Source of the DNA: a virus
Taxonomy: Duplodnaviria > Caudoviricetes
DNA: 64,000 nucleotides
IMG/VR virus record: IMGVR_UViG_3300043473_000169
Span: 624-64,623 of that record
Direction: 5' to 3' (one strand)
The position numbers and the translations under genes are program-made. Under the pieces are notes generated by a model. That model was not told where the DNA came from. It made no database searches and saw nothing but the letters and a program-made list of their open reading frames with translations. Below are positions 52,702-62,800 of this stretch, one piece after another (within the stretch, counting starts at the first letter, position 1; every line of letters starts with the position of its first letter).

Positions 52702-54671
52702 TATAGTCTCCCTCCCTTAGCTTTCTTCGGTACAAGGGGCGTCGTACTACCCCCCTGTGGGCCCACTTCTTTACGTAATTGTTCAACATCAGCCTCAAGC
52801 TCTTCCGCAGTAGGCGTGTGCGGAATAGGACGCGGAGGCCGCACCAACGCCTTATCGAGATCATCACGAATCTTTTTCAATCCCGCGTTGGGGTCAACTC
52901 GCGGCTTCATCTTCATCATCTTGGCCACTTGACTCAAGACCCCTCCGCCCTTGGCAAATTTCTTTTTAGCCTTACGTGCTGCGAGGTTCGCCCGCCCGGT
53001 CTCATTCAGATCGGGATGCTTTGCCATAACCTCGTCGAGAACCCCGGGGTGAGAGAATGCGAGAATCTCTACGTCCCCGTGCTTATCCTTGACCAACTGC
53101 CGAGCCTCGTCCTTTGACTTAGCCGATACGAGCATCGAATTTAAAGACATGGTCTTACGATTCAAGAAATGGACCTCGGTGTCCTTCTTAAACTCGAACT
53201 CGCCCGCATCTATGACCTTCTGGACAGATTTCCCATAAGCCTTACCGGCTTTACTCAACGTGCCAACCTTACCGCCCTTGGCTAGATACGCAAGAGGACT
53301 ATCCTTGGCATTCGGTGAGATTTTCCCATTGGCGAGGGCTTTTCCCTTGTGTGAGCGAATTTGCTTACGCATGGTATCGAGTTTTTTCGCCCCGGCCTCC
53401 GGACTTCCATCCCCAAGCAACGCCACCGTCTCCGCGTCGATAACGTACTCGTTTTCAGATAATTTAGCATCAATGTTGTCCTCGCGGCCTCCTGCAGCGG
53501 TGCCGCCTGATACGAATTGAGGGATGGTGCCGCTGTGTGCGGATCCTTTCCCATGAAAAGTGCGAACATCATTTAATGCACCTCCCGAGTTCATCGGGAC
53601 CCTAACCGGTGGCGCAACACCTATCTGTGGTGCTGCTACTGCAGGTGTATTCTCAAAGAAATTGTGTTCAGGACCCATGCCATAACGATGGGGATCCCCG
53701 GCATAGGCGACCTGTTGACGATTGAAAGTAGGCATTGCTCTTATCTCCGTTCCCACGGTCCCCGGGGCACCAACACCGCTGCCGCCCGCTATACGGGCAG
53801 CTAGCTCATTTAAAATACTGTTAGAAGATTTACCCTTGGAGCTTGACTTTCCCCCGATCAGCCCGGTGGCCTTTCCAACCCCATACGCCGTCTTAGCCAG
53901 CTTGTAGGCTTTCGTAGCCTTGTCGACATAGGGGGAGGCCTTGGCGATCCACGGGGCCGCCTTCGGGAATATCTTGCCTATTGCATCCAGCCAGCCGCCC
54001 CCGGCCAGCGGCACAGGGATCCGGTCAGGTGGCGCAACAGCCGTGGTGGCCGCTCCCGGGGTCTGGTAAAACTTGTGTTCAGGGCCCATACCGTACCTAT
54101 GAATGTTGCCCGTGTACGCCGCGCGCTCGCGGGCCGGTAAAGCGGGTGAAGAAGGAGGGGCGACCCCCGCCGGAGTCAGGGCACCACCAGTAACAGGGGC
54201 ACCCGCGCTTGCGCCCGCGACGCCAGCCCCGCCCCCGGTAAAGGTGCCGGTGGCCAAGGCGTTCTCGATCCGTTCCTGTGGGGTCTTCTGCAGGGCCATG
54301 TTGGCCGCATCGGCAGCCATACGCATGTAGCCGAGAGGGGGTAGCGCCATCCCCGCAATGTCGAGCACGGTTCCCGCGATCTTTGAAATGCCCGTCTGCT
54401 TGCGGAAGGGGTCAGTGAAAGAACTGAGATTGTTGCGGAAGGCCGCCATCTCCTTCTGCTTTTCAGGCCCTATGTCCTTGGCTGTCTGGCGATTCTTCCA
54501 GTCGCCGTTGGACATGTCGTAAATGCCCCACGAATCCCGACCGCGGCCAATAGTCTTGCCCTTCAACCAATCGGGGATAGTCAGCGCCTGACCGGGCAGG
54601 CCGGTCTCGGCCCACCACTGATTCAGTTCGTCCTGATTGTAGCCCTTGGTGAACTTGAGTTCTTTGGGCAT
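52701..54671 (-). CDS. Modular internal virion protein with AxGG motifs
   Basis: Start MPKELK at 54671; 'EDNIDAKLSENEYVIDAETVALLGDGSPEAGAKKL' domain; at least 6 GG motifs. Confidence 0.7.
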   Translation of the reverse strand: MPKELKFTKGYNQDELNQWWAETGLPGQALTIPDWLKGKTIGRGRDSWGIYDMSNGDWKNRQTAKDIGPEKQKEMAAFRNNLSSFTDPFRKQTGISKIAGTVLDIAGMALPPLGYMRMAADAANMALQKTPQERIENALATGTFTGGGAGVAGASAGAPVTGGALTPAGVAPPSSPALPARERAAYTGNIHRYGMGPEHKFYQTPGAATTAVAPPDRIPVPLAGGGWLDAIGKIFPKAAPWIAKASPYVDKATKAYKLAKTAYGVGKATGLIGGKSSSKGKSSNSILNELAARIAGGSGVGAPGTVGTEIRAMPTFNRQQVAYAGDPHRYGMGPEHNFFENTPAVAAPQIGVAPPVRVPMNSGGALNDVRTFHGKGSAHSGTIPQFVSGGTAAGGREDNIDAKLSENEYVIDAETVALLGDGSPEAGAKKLDTMRKQIRSHKGKALANGKISPNAKDSPLAYLAKGGKVGTLSKAGKAYGKSVQKVIDAGEFEFKKDTEVHFLNRKTMSLNSMLVSAKSKDEARQLVKDKHGDVEILAFSHPGVLDEVMAKHPDLNETGRANLAARKAKKKFAKGGGVLSQVAKMMKMKPRVDPNAGLKKIRDDLDKALVRPPRPIPHTPTAEELEADVEQLRKEVGPQGGSTTPLVPKKAKGGRL

Positions 54672-54672
54672 C

Positions 54673-54894
54673 TTATGGCTCCACTGTCTGGTTGAATCGC
54701 TCGGCCCACGTGCGCCAGTCTTCAAACTGCTCAGGATCGGGCGGATTGAAAGTCGAAATCTGCGGATACTGAATCAGGTTGCGGGCCCACTTACGCCAGT
54801 CGGCAGGATCCATCAACTTATATGGCGGGAACGGTAACGTCGACGCCATCATGTCCGTCCATTCAATCACACCCATGAATCTCGGGTCAATCAT
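54673..54894 (-). CDS. Small Trp-rich virion-module protein
   Basis: MIDPRF...WRKWA...PDP.QF.DWRTWAERF; overlaps the upstream stop. Confidence 0.65.
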   Translation of the reverse strand: MIDPRFMGVIEWTDMMASTLPFPPYKLMDPADWRKWARNLIQYPQISTFNPPDPEQFEDWRTWAERFNQTVEP

Positions 54895-56390
54895 TGGGTG
54901 ACCCTCTGCTCCACCGGCTCCACCTGTGCGATACACTTCCCCATGAAAAAATCACCACCGAGAGTATTCGACGAGAAACGGAAGCGAAGCTGGCGGCGCG
55001 ACGTCTTGAACATCACCGTCTGATCGCCCGCGCCCGTAGCGGTATCGGGAAAGGTGCGGATATCGGAAGAGACGTTGGGCGAGCGGGCGTTGGCGTTGCC
55101 AACAATCTGTACCTGCAGGTCCCCGGTCTGTACAAAATCAGGCTCGATGCGCGCGACCCGCAACGCATTATTCTCAGGCTCTTCGGATTCGAGCAACGAG
55201 AAGTCCGCGGTCTCAAAGAATGCGGGTACCGGCTCCACCGACGTGCCCTTCACCTGATCCTTGCCGGTCTCATGCTGCCACAGCGTGAACCCCGCGCTGG
55301 TCAGATTCTTGTCGGTCATGAACGGCTTGCCGTAGACCGAAGCATGGACACCGGAAGTGCGGCCCTTGCCGGGGATCAGCGTGTCGTACCAGATATGCTG
55401 GCGCACGTTGTAAATCACCGCCTGAAAGTCGTCGCCGACCGGGAACACCCACCAGATTTCGCCCCATCGCGGGATCTTGAACCCGAATACCTCTTGGCGA
55501 CGCGCAAAATCGAAGTTATCGAGAAAGAAGTCGATATTGAAGGTATTCGGCACTTCCTGAACGATACCATTAAACATCATCGGGCGATCGATGCCCCACC
55601 AATACTGAATGCCGTCGTATTCCACGACCGAGCGCGACGACATGATGGTGATTTCAGCCAGCGTATCAAACGCAAAAACCTCGTCCACCACCCCGGTAAA
55701 CGTAGCGCGAATCAGTGAATCCAGTGACCAGAACAGGGCCGAGGGGCCTGCACCGCCGCCACGGATCGACCGGCCATACACAAACTTTTGTGCGGTAACA
55801 CGCGCCAGCACATCCGGAGTTGTCGGATCATTGGGCGCGGTGAACGCTACAAATCCCGCATTACCGTAGGAGAACAGGTAAGGACCCACCACCGCGATGC
55901 CGCCCGACACCGGATCCAGTCCCGTATCTACCAGAATGGAGGTGTCCGTAATGTCCGGGTTGTAGAAGATCGGAGTTTCAGTCGAATCCGTGATATCGTC
56001 CAGATTTGGAGCCGCATGCGCAATGATGCTGGAAGTAGTGGCGACCGCATTAGGTAACGCATCAAGCTGCCAGTTATTATTGGGATCGGCCACAAGACCC
56101 GCCGGGGTGCGGTCATTGAGACCAGCAAAAGACCCCGAATTGTTGACAAGAATCTGGGTAAGCAGGGATTCGGATCCAAGATGTAGGTACTGCAACAGGT
56201 TCTGCGCGAAAACGTGCATCCCGTAGACGACTTCCGGCAGGCTCGAGGTAACTGCACGGTATCCTCCCATCTTACGCGGGCGACCACGATCAAACCGGGT
56301 CCAGATAGCCGACCGATAAGAGTCGGAGTCAAACCGCGTCCCGTCCCGTTGGACCCCGGGCTTGGAGCGAAGTATGATAGGCTTTTCCAT
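54891..56390 (-). CDS. Tail nozzle / packaged-DNA stabilisation protein (P22 gp10/T7 gp12-like)
   Basis: 499 aa beta-propeller-like, 'PG..RDGT...GRPRKMGGY', 'WGEIWW.FP'; synteny. Confidence 0.7.
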   Translation of the reverse strand: MEKPIILRSKPGVQRDGTRFDSDSYRSAIWTRFDRGRPRKMGGYRAVTSSLPEVVYGMHVFAQNLLQYLHLGSESLLTQILVNNSGSFAGLNDRTPAGLVADPNNNWQLDALPNAVATTSSIIAHAAPNLDDITDSTETPIFYNPDITDTSILVDTGLDPVSGGIAVVGPYLFSYGNAGFVAFTAPNDPTTPDVLARVTAQKFVYGRSIRGGGAGPSALFWSLDSLIRATFTGVVDEVFAFDTLAEITIMSSRSVVEYDGIQYWWGIDRPMMFNGIVQEVPNTFNIDFFLDNFDFARRQEVFGFKIPRWGEIWWVFPVGDDFQAVIYNVRQHIWYDTLIPGKGRTSGVHASVYGKPFMTDKNLTSAGFTLWQHETGKDQVKGTSVEPVPAFFETADFSLLESEEPENNALRVARIEPDFVQTGDLQVQIVGNANARSPNVSSDIRTFPDTATGAGDQTVMFKTSRRQLRFRFSSNTLGGDFFMGKCIAQVEPVEQRVTQ

Positions 56391-56391
56391 A

Positions 56392-58365
56392 TTAATTCAT
56401 CTGCGTGACTTCAAGCCATGAACCGTTGCGAAGCGTCGCTGCCGCCACGTCAGTGACCGACTGCGCCCATTGAAGATCGAGCGAACCCCCGGTCACTGCA
56501 TTGGCCTGAAAGGTCATCTCAACCTGCCAATAATTATCCTGCGCGGTCCCCACGCCGAAATTCTGAGGGCCCACGTTGCTGAGATCACGGGCAACGGCAA
56601 TATTGGCATCAGTCGGCCCCACCATCCCTCCCCACCTGAACTGCGGGGCATTGGAGAACGTAAAGGAGATCTTGAACCCCGATATCGTCCCGGCAATGGT
56701 GAGCGCGAGAAGACCGCTCAACTTGTACCACTTACCAAGGGTCAGGGCCCAGCCGAGCAATTCAGGATCGTTGGCCAGTGTGTTATTGGTACGGGCCGTG
56801 GATGCAGTCTTGAATTTACGGACCCCACCCGAACCACCGCCCCCGGCAGCTTGCCAACCGCGAGCACCACCAGCATCCGTTCCGTAGACCTTGAGGGGTC
56901 CCGGGGCAGGAGTATCGTTGAGTAACTGGATAGTGCGATCTGCCGATAGGTCACCACCACCGGTAAGCGAATTCGTGGTATCGACAAGGCGGGTAGTCGG
57001 CACCGCCCCGATGCCCGCCACAACGGCTGCACCATTGGCGGCAGTAAAGATAGCGTCGCCGATCGCCGTTGCTCCCAACACGGCCCTAGCCGCAGCAGCA
57101 GAGGGCGCGGTGAACAGCAAAGCACCAGTGGCCGTGGCCCCCAACGCGGTCAGTGCGGCAGCAATCGAGGCGGCAATAAATACCGCATCACCAACCACCG
57201 ACGAGCCCAACGCGGCCCGACCCGCTGCCTGACTAACCGCGGTAAATACGGCATCGCCAACTGCGGTCGCGCCCAAGTTGATGCGGGCCTGTGCTGCGGT
57301 CGTGGCCCCAGTTCCTCCCGATCCCACGGGGAGCGGCGGAGTAAAGGCTGCGGAAACGGCATCCACCACATTTGCGCCATCGCAGTAGAAGATGTTGCGA
57401 TTGTTCTGCGCGATCGTCTTACCGGGATCGAGCCCACCGGCACACTTGATCGTCAGCGTGAACGCCCCAGTCGTTTCATTATCGACCCAGTATTGCTGGA
57501 CCGAGGCCGGGACGATGACGCTGCGATTGCCGGTCAGCACGCCCGTGAATTTGTAGGAGATCCGGTTGAGTTCGACCCCCGACAGCACGTAGTCGCCAGC
57601 GCCCGCAATGTTGATCGAGATGAAGTCGAAGACCGAGTTCACCTCCTGCCCGAAGCCGATCGTGAAGAAGTTCGTGCCGTCAGTGTAGAAGAAGGCCGAT
57701 TCGTCTGCCCCCAGCACCAGTGACCCCGATCCGTCAATCGTCCCGGCTGTCGGGACCACGGTGAGCGATCCCGTGCCCGCGTTCTTGATCGGCACATACC
57801 AGTCAGAGCCGACCACGGTGGGATCGGGTAAAGTGAATACGCCCACACCCCCGGTCCACATGATAGCCGTTGCCCGGTCAGCTTCCACAATGGTATAGCT
57901 CAAGCCCTGTGGGCTCACCGCCATTTTGGTATTGAGCGTGGTGGCGATCGCTTTCAAGCCTGCCCCGGCCAATGACGCAGCGTTGGCAACCGACACGCCC
58001 GCACCTTGCTGGAATGAATACCAGACGCCCGCAACCGTCAGGTTCGAGCGCAAGTAAGTGGTCCACGACAGCCCGGACGCAACCGTGAGAACCGTGGCAC
58101 CAAGATTGTCAGCGACAATGAAGGTGTCGGCCCCATGATTCGTAAACGTGACCGCATACCCGGGGGTGCCCTGCTTGGCATCGGGAAGCGTGATCGTAAG
58201 CCCGGGGCCGGAAGGGGTGACGTCGATGATCGTAGCGAGAATGTTGGTGCCCTCGATCGTTTCCAGCGGCCAGTCCAGTTCCACGTCAGCGACTAGCGCC
58301 AACTCAAGAAGCGATGGCTGCGCTGAGAAGATGGGCTGGGCCCCAAAAACTGAGGTATAGGGCAT
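56392..58365 (-). CDS. Tail structural / short fibre protein
   Basis: 657 aa, Gly/Ala/Thr-rich, with 'GGTGATTAAQAR.NLG' and 'LTGGGDLSADRT' fibre-shaft motifs. Confidence 0.7.
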   Translation of the reverse strand: MPYTSVFGAQPIFSAQPSLLELALVADVELDWPLETIEGTNILATIIDVTPSGPGLTITLPDAKQGTPGYAVTFTNHGADTFIVADNLGATVLTVASGLSWTTYLRSNLTVAGVWYSFQQGAGVSVANAASLAGAGLKAIATTLNTKMAVSPQGLSYTIVEADRATAIMWTGGVGVFTLPDPTVVGSDWYVPIKNAGTGSLTVVPTAGTIDGSGSLVLGADESAFFYTDGTNFFTIGFGQEVNSVFDFISINIAGAGDYVLSGVELNRISYKFTGVLTGNRSVIVPASVQQYWVDNETTGAFTLTIKCAGGLDPGKTIAQNNRNIFYCDGANVVDAVSAAFTPPLPVGSGGTGATTAAQARINLGATAVGDAVFTAVSQAAGRAALGSSVVGDAVFIAASIAAALTALGATATGALLFTAPSAAAARAVLGATAIGDAIFTAANGAAVVAGIGAVPTTRLVDTTNSLTGGGDLSADRTIQLLNDTPAPGPLKVYGTDAGGARGWQAAGGGGSGGVRKFKTASTARTNNTLANDPELLGWALTLGKWYKLSGLLALTIAGTISGFKISFTFSNAPQFRWGGMVGPTDANIAVARDLSNVGPQNFGVGTAQDNYWQVEMTFQANAVTGGSLDLQWAQSVTDVAAATLRNGSWLEVTQMN

Positions 58366-58369
58366 GGTC

Positions 58370-59002
58370 TTATGCTCCCTGACGGGTGGTGTTGCGGTCC
58401 ACCACCTTGCGAATGTTGTTGACGTCCAGCTTTCCGAGTTCGTCCCGGTAGAAGCCTTCCCACACCGGGATGCGCTCGTCGTTCTTCAAGAACGGCGTAG
58501 CCTCCAGCAGGCTCCGGTACAGCAGCACATTGGGCGCGTACTCCGTGAGCCAGTTGGATTGGTTGACCGTATCGAGCAGCGGCGGCAGCTGGTAATACAG
58601 GATTTCCCACGGGATCGTGATTATCGGGGTCGGCACGATCAGCCAATGGAGATAGTCGTAATCGGCGTAGAACTCGGGCGTTGCGGTATCGGCCTCGTCG
58701 GGCCAGTAGGTGCGGCAATACTCGTAGCCCCGGGCAAAGATCTGGCGACGCGGGACACCCGCCGCCATCGACACCGTTTCACGCCAGCGGTCCGGCTTGG
58801 GGTAGACCGAGACCCCGGCGAACAGGTCCGAGGTAACGGCCTCGAGCATGCCGAGTATCTTCAACTGGTTGGTGATAGCCCGTTCCGCGGCATTGATCAG
58901 GCGGGGAATCTGGGCCACTACCTCCGCATCCTCGGGGTAGCCCCGCTCCAGATACCTCTTGAGGTCTTCCTTGAGCGAGTTGAATGTCGTAGTTTCAGCC
59001 AT
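58370..59002 (-). CDS. Head-tail adaptor protein
   Basis: 'T...L......YLER....IP..I..AE.....G.P.FYA....VPTP...NW....AP..LLY.SL.EA..FLK'. Confidence 0.75.
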   Translation of the reverse strand: MAETTTFNSLKEDLKRYLERGYPEDAEVVAQIPRLINAAERAITNQLKILGMLEAVTSDLFAGVSVYPKPDRWRETVSMAAGVPRRQIFARGYEYCRTYWPDEADTATPEFYADYDYLHWLIVPTPIITIPWEILYYQLPPLLDTVNQSNWLTEYAPNVLLYRSLLEATPFLKNDERIPVWEGFYRDELGKLDVNNIRKVVDRNTTRQGA

Positions 59003-59005
59003 GTG

Positions 59006-59155
59006 TCACCGCTTCTTCCTCAGGATACCCGTGCCTTGGTCGGCTTGATTGAACTCCTTGCCCACGTACTGCGGGACCCCAGCCTTCTTGGCAAACTTCG
59101 GGTTATGAGCCACCGCAGCCATGAAGCGCGCCTGCTTTTTGGATTTACTTGGCAT
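59006..59155 (-). CDS. Small basic conserved phage protein (not in the ORF track)
   Basis: My translation: MPSKSKKQARFMAAVAHNPKFAKKAGVPQYVGKEFNQADQGTGILRKKR; GAGG RBS. Confidence 0.75.
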   Translation of the reverse strand: MPSKSKKQARFMAAVAHNPKFAKKAGVPQYVGKEFNQADQGTGILRKKR

Positions 59156-59161
59156 ATGTCC

Positions 59162-59830
59162 TCACGTGTATGCAAAACGCACTTGGCCAGCGGCACCGTT
59201 GCCGCCCTGACCGGACCCATTGGAAATACCGCCCGCACCACCGCCACCGGGGGCAACACCCGGGCCGCCGTCGCCCGTTCCGCCTGCAGCACCACCAGCA
59301 CTGGCTCCACCTTGGCCGGTAGCCAGTCCCGCCGTTCCGGTTGTGTTGGTGTCGCCACCAGTGCCCGTACCGCCATTACCTCCCGTAGGTGTAAACGTAC
59401 CGAAAGCACCCCCATTGGCCGTGAGCGATACCGAAGGGGCCGCACTACTTACCGACGATAATTTTCCACTCGTACCGCTAGTACCTTGTGTCAGTGCACC
59501 TAGAGCGAGCGCACCAACAGTATAGGTAAAGGTCTGGCCACCCGACACCGCTGTAGTTTTGACAACTAACCCACCACCGCCACCGCCACCGCCGGTAGAG
59601 GATAGCTTCATACCGCCGCCGCCACCGCCGCCCCAAACCGTAATTACGCAGGTGGTCGCGCCAGCAGGTACGGTTTCGGTCGCACCAGTAACCGCCGTGC
59701 TATAAGTGCGGGTAACCGGGGTGAACGGAGCCGCCCCGTAGCCGAGCATTATCTGTTGCGGGCTACCAGCACTCCCGGCGACCGCGAGGGCCAGCCCGGC
59801 AAGTAGACCTAGGAAAGTTCGACGAATCAT
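59162..59830 (-). CDS. Glycine-rich tail-associated protein with a twin-arginine-like N-terminus
   Basis: 'TVPAGAT...ITVWGGGGGGG...GAAGQVRFAY' glycine-rich domain; N-terminus MIRRTFLGLLAGLALAVAG. Confidence 0.7.
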   Translation of the reverse strand: MIRRTFLGLLAGLALAVAGSAGSPQQIMLGYGAAPFTPVTRTYSTAVTGATETVPAGATTCVITVWGGGGGGGMKLSSTGGGGGGGGLVVKTTAVSGGQTFTYTVGALALGALTQGTSGTSGKLSSVSSAAPSVSLTANGGAFGTFTPTGGNGGTGTGGDTNTTGTAGLATGQGGASAGGAAGGTGDGGPGVAPGGGGAGGISNGSGQGGNGAAGQVRFAYT

Positions 59831-59831
59831 G

Positions 59832-62800
59832 TCAGGTTAACCCCGTGCCAGTGATGATCCAGACCGTGGCTTCCACCTTGATCGCGGTGGCCACGCCATT
59901 TGCCCCCAACGTGCGGGTGCCGGTAGTCGCCGTGCCGCCCAAGATCAGGGTATCAGTCGTAATCGCTATTGATACTGCACTCGAATCCCGGTTCACGAAC
60001 GTAATGGTAGTACCGAGCGGATAGGCAACCGACCCATTGGCCGGGATAGTAAAAACATCGCCCGCGCCACCACCGTTGGGGTGGAAGAGGTGCTTACCCG
60101 AATCCGCGAGTACCGCCGTATAGTTCGCCGACTGGCTGTTCTGCGGGATTTCACGGAATCCGACCGTCTGCGCCGTGCCCCCGAAATCGGCGACTTTTGC
60201 GCCACCCGATACCGCGGCAAGCGTCTGGAATACAAGGGCGTTGTCGGCGCTGAACCCCACATTCCCAGACCCGATGCGGTACAGCCCCGTGTCGGTGTCG
60301 TTCGTAAACGAAAATCCCGCCGTTCCTGTCGACCCATCGGAGGTTCTAAACACCCCCGACCCCTGCATCGTCTCGCCACCCGAGCTAAGGATACTTACAA
60401 CCGACCCCGCTGCGGCGAAGCCAAGGGTATTAGCCCCGAATGAGTATAGGCCGGTATCGGGGTCGGAAGTAAACGAATAGCTAGGCGCACCCGCCGCCCC
60501 ATCGGGTTGCCAAAAAGGTAAAATAGAACTAATAGCTGGTGTACCAGCAAGATTGCCAATAGTAAATTGAACTGTTCCATCTGTCGTGAAACCAATTCGG
60601 CCAGAGGAAAGACGATAAATACCTGTATCTGGGTCATTAGCAAAGAACAATGAGGGAGTGCCAGACGCCCCATCGAGAATTCCAAACCCCTGAGTATTCC
60701 AAAGTGCACTTAAGGCCGCCCCAGCCCCCATCCGTCCTTCATTTGCAGCAATCCGATAAATGCCGGTATCGCGATCCCCATCAAAGGTGATGCCGGGAGT
60801 TGCAACGGCTCCATCGACTGCGCCAAACTGAGGATTTACACCTGTATTAACAAAAGAACCCGCAAATGCCCCACCAACTGAGGCAGCGAAATAATCAGAG
60901 CTTAAACGGTAAAAACCGGTATTCTGGTCCCCTGTAAAAGTCAAGCCCGGGAGAGTTACAGAGCCATCCGGGATGTAGACGTTACCGGTGTCAACAACCA
61001 ACCCACCTGAGTAGATAGCCGCGCGACGAGTGCCACCTGCGGTAAATCCGATAACATCGGCAGCTGAATCATACATGCCGGTGTCGATATCCCCTGAGAA
61101 GGAGTAAGTCGGACCCGTTATGCTGCCATTGGGGCCCCGGATTACACCACCGGTGGCGATGGCCCCGGTGCCTAGGAAGCTGAACACCGGATTATCTGTA
61201 GCATTACCAAAATCCACTCCTGCAACCGCAAGCCCCGAACGGGTAGCTTGTAAATAGCTACGTGCTAATGTGAATGCATCATTTACTGTACGATGCTGTA
61301 AAATTCCTCCCGAGACCACAGTATCCCATAGACGAGTATCGGCAGCAGCGGCAGTTTCATTAAATGCAATGGAGGGATTTACTGCAGATATTTTGATCGA
61401 AGAGTTAGGGCCAGCGCCGGTGGCTGTAAAAATGTGTTGACTGGTCCACGTCGGCGCTATCGCCTGTGACAGTGCTGGTGCTCCGTCGGACCTTATTGCC
61501 GTCGTTGCCGAGCCAGCGATAGCCGACAAACCGATCGAAGCCGTGGGGGTTGCAAATCCCGTAACGCCTCCACCAACCGACGTCCACGTCGGTGACGTCG
61601 CGTTGCCCTGTGAGGTTAAAACCTGCCCGGCAGTACCGAAGTTGGCCCCCGACAGGCCCCACGCACCAGTGGCATCAAACCGCAGGCGCTCCGTGGAGTT
61701 GGTGGAAAACGCCAGCTGGTCGATGCCAATATCGTACATGCCGGTGTTAGAGTCACCGGAAAAGGCATAGGTCGGAGCGGAAACCGCGCCATTAGGACCC
61801 TGATGAACACCACCGGAAGTAACGGTGCCGGTACCAAGAAAATTGTAAGTAGGATTGTCAGCAGCATTGCCAAGACCCACATTAACTACAGTATTTGCGC
61901 TCCTTTGTGCAACAAAGGCTGAATGGCCATTGAGCCCTGAGTCATCCAACGTCTGGATCTGCATAAATCCACCGTTGCTATTCAAACCCCAACGCTTGCC
62001 ATTAACTCCCTGATCGGTTTCCTCAAGAGTAAGTACCGGTGCAGCGGTACTCCAAATATGATTGCCGGTCCACGTCGGAATAATGCCCTGATTTAGTGCC
62101 GGCGCAGCGTCCGAGCGCATCGCCGTGGTCGCCGCACCATTGGCCTGCGTCAACCCTATAGTAGCTGTGGGGTTAGCTAAGCCTGTGACACCACCACCGA
62201 CAGTAGACCAGATCGGGGGAGCACCGGCCTGTGAAGTTAGAACCTGACCAGACGTGCCAACCGTGGCTGCGGCCCCGAGACCCCACGAACCGTTAGAATT
62301 GATAAACAGGCGGTCAGTAGTCGTGGCCCCAGTACGAAGCAAAATATTGCCGGGCGTGCCAGAGGGAGAAGAGCCGCTTTGAATAGTAACTTGCCCACCA
62401 GTACCGGTACCATTCGCGCTTCCGCCAAAAAGTTGAGCAATACCTCCGGATCCGTTAGTCCCAGCACCATTTCCTCCCCTAGCAAACGCACCACCAGCCG
62501 TTAATCCATCGCCCCCCGTTAAGAAAGCATTGCCGCCGGTACCAGTGGTTGTACCACTGCCTGCAACAAGTGAGGCTTGACCCCCCGTACCGGTACCGAT
62601 AGCGGCACCGGCGGTTATGTTTGTTTGCCCCCCGCCGTTATTACCAGACACAGCAGCCGTGCCAGTAATATTGACCGTACCTCCAGAAGTAGTGGCCGGG
62701 CCACCCTTAATAAGAAAATTCTGCGCCGCCGACGTCCCCTGAATCGTCCCGGAAGTAACTGCAGAGCCCAAAGATAAAACATTATTTGTTAAATCCCAAG

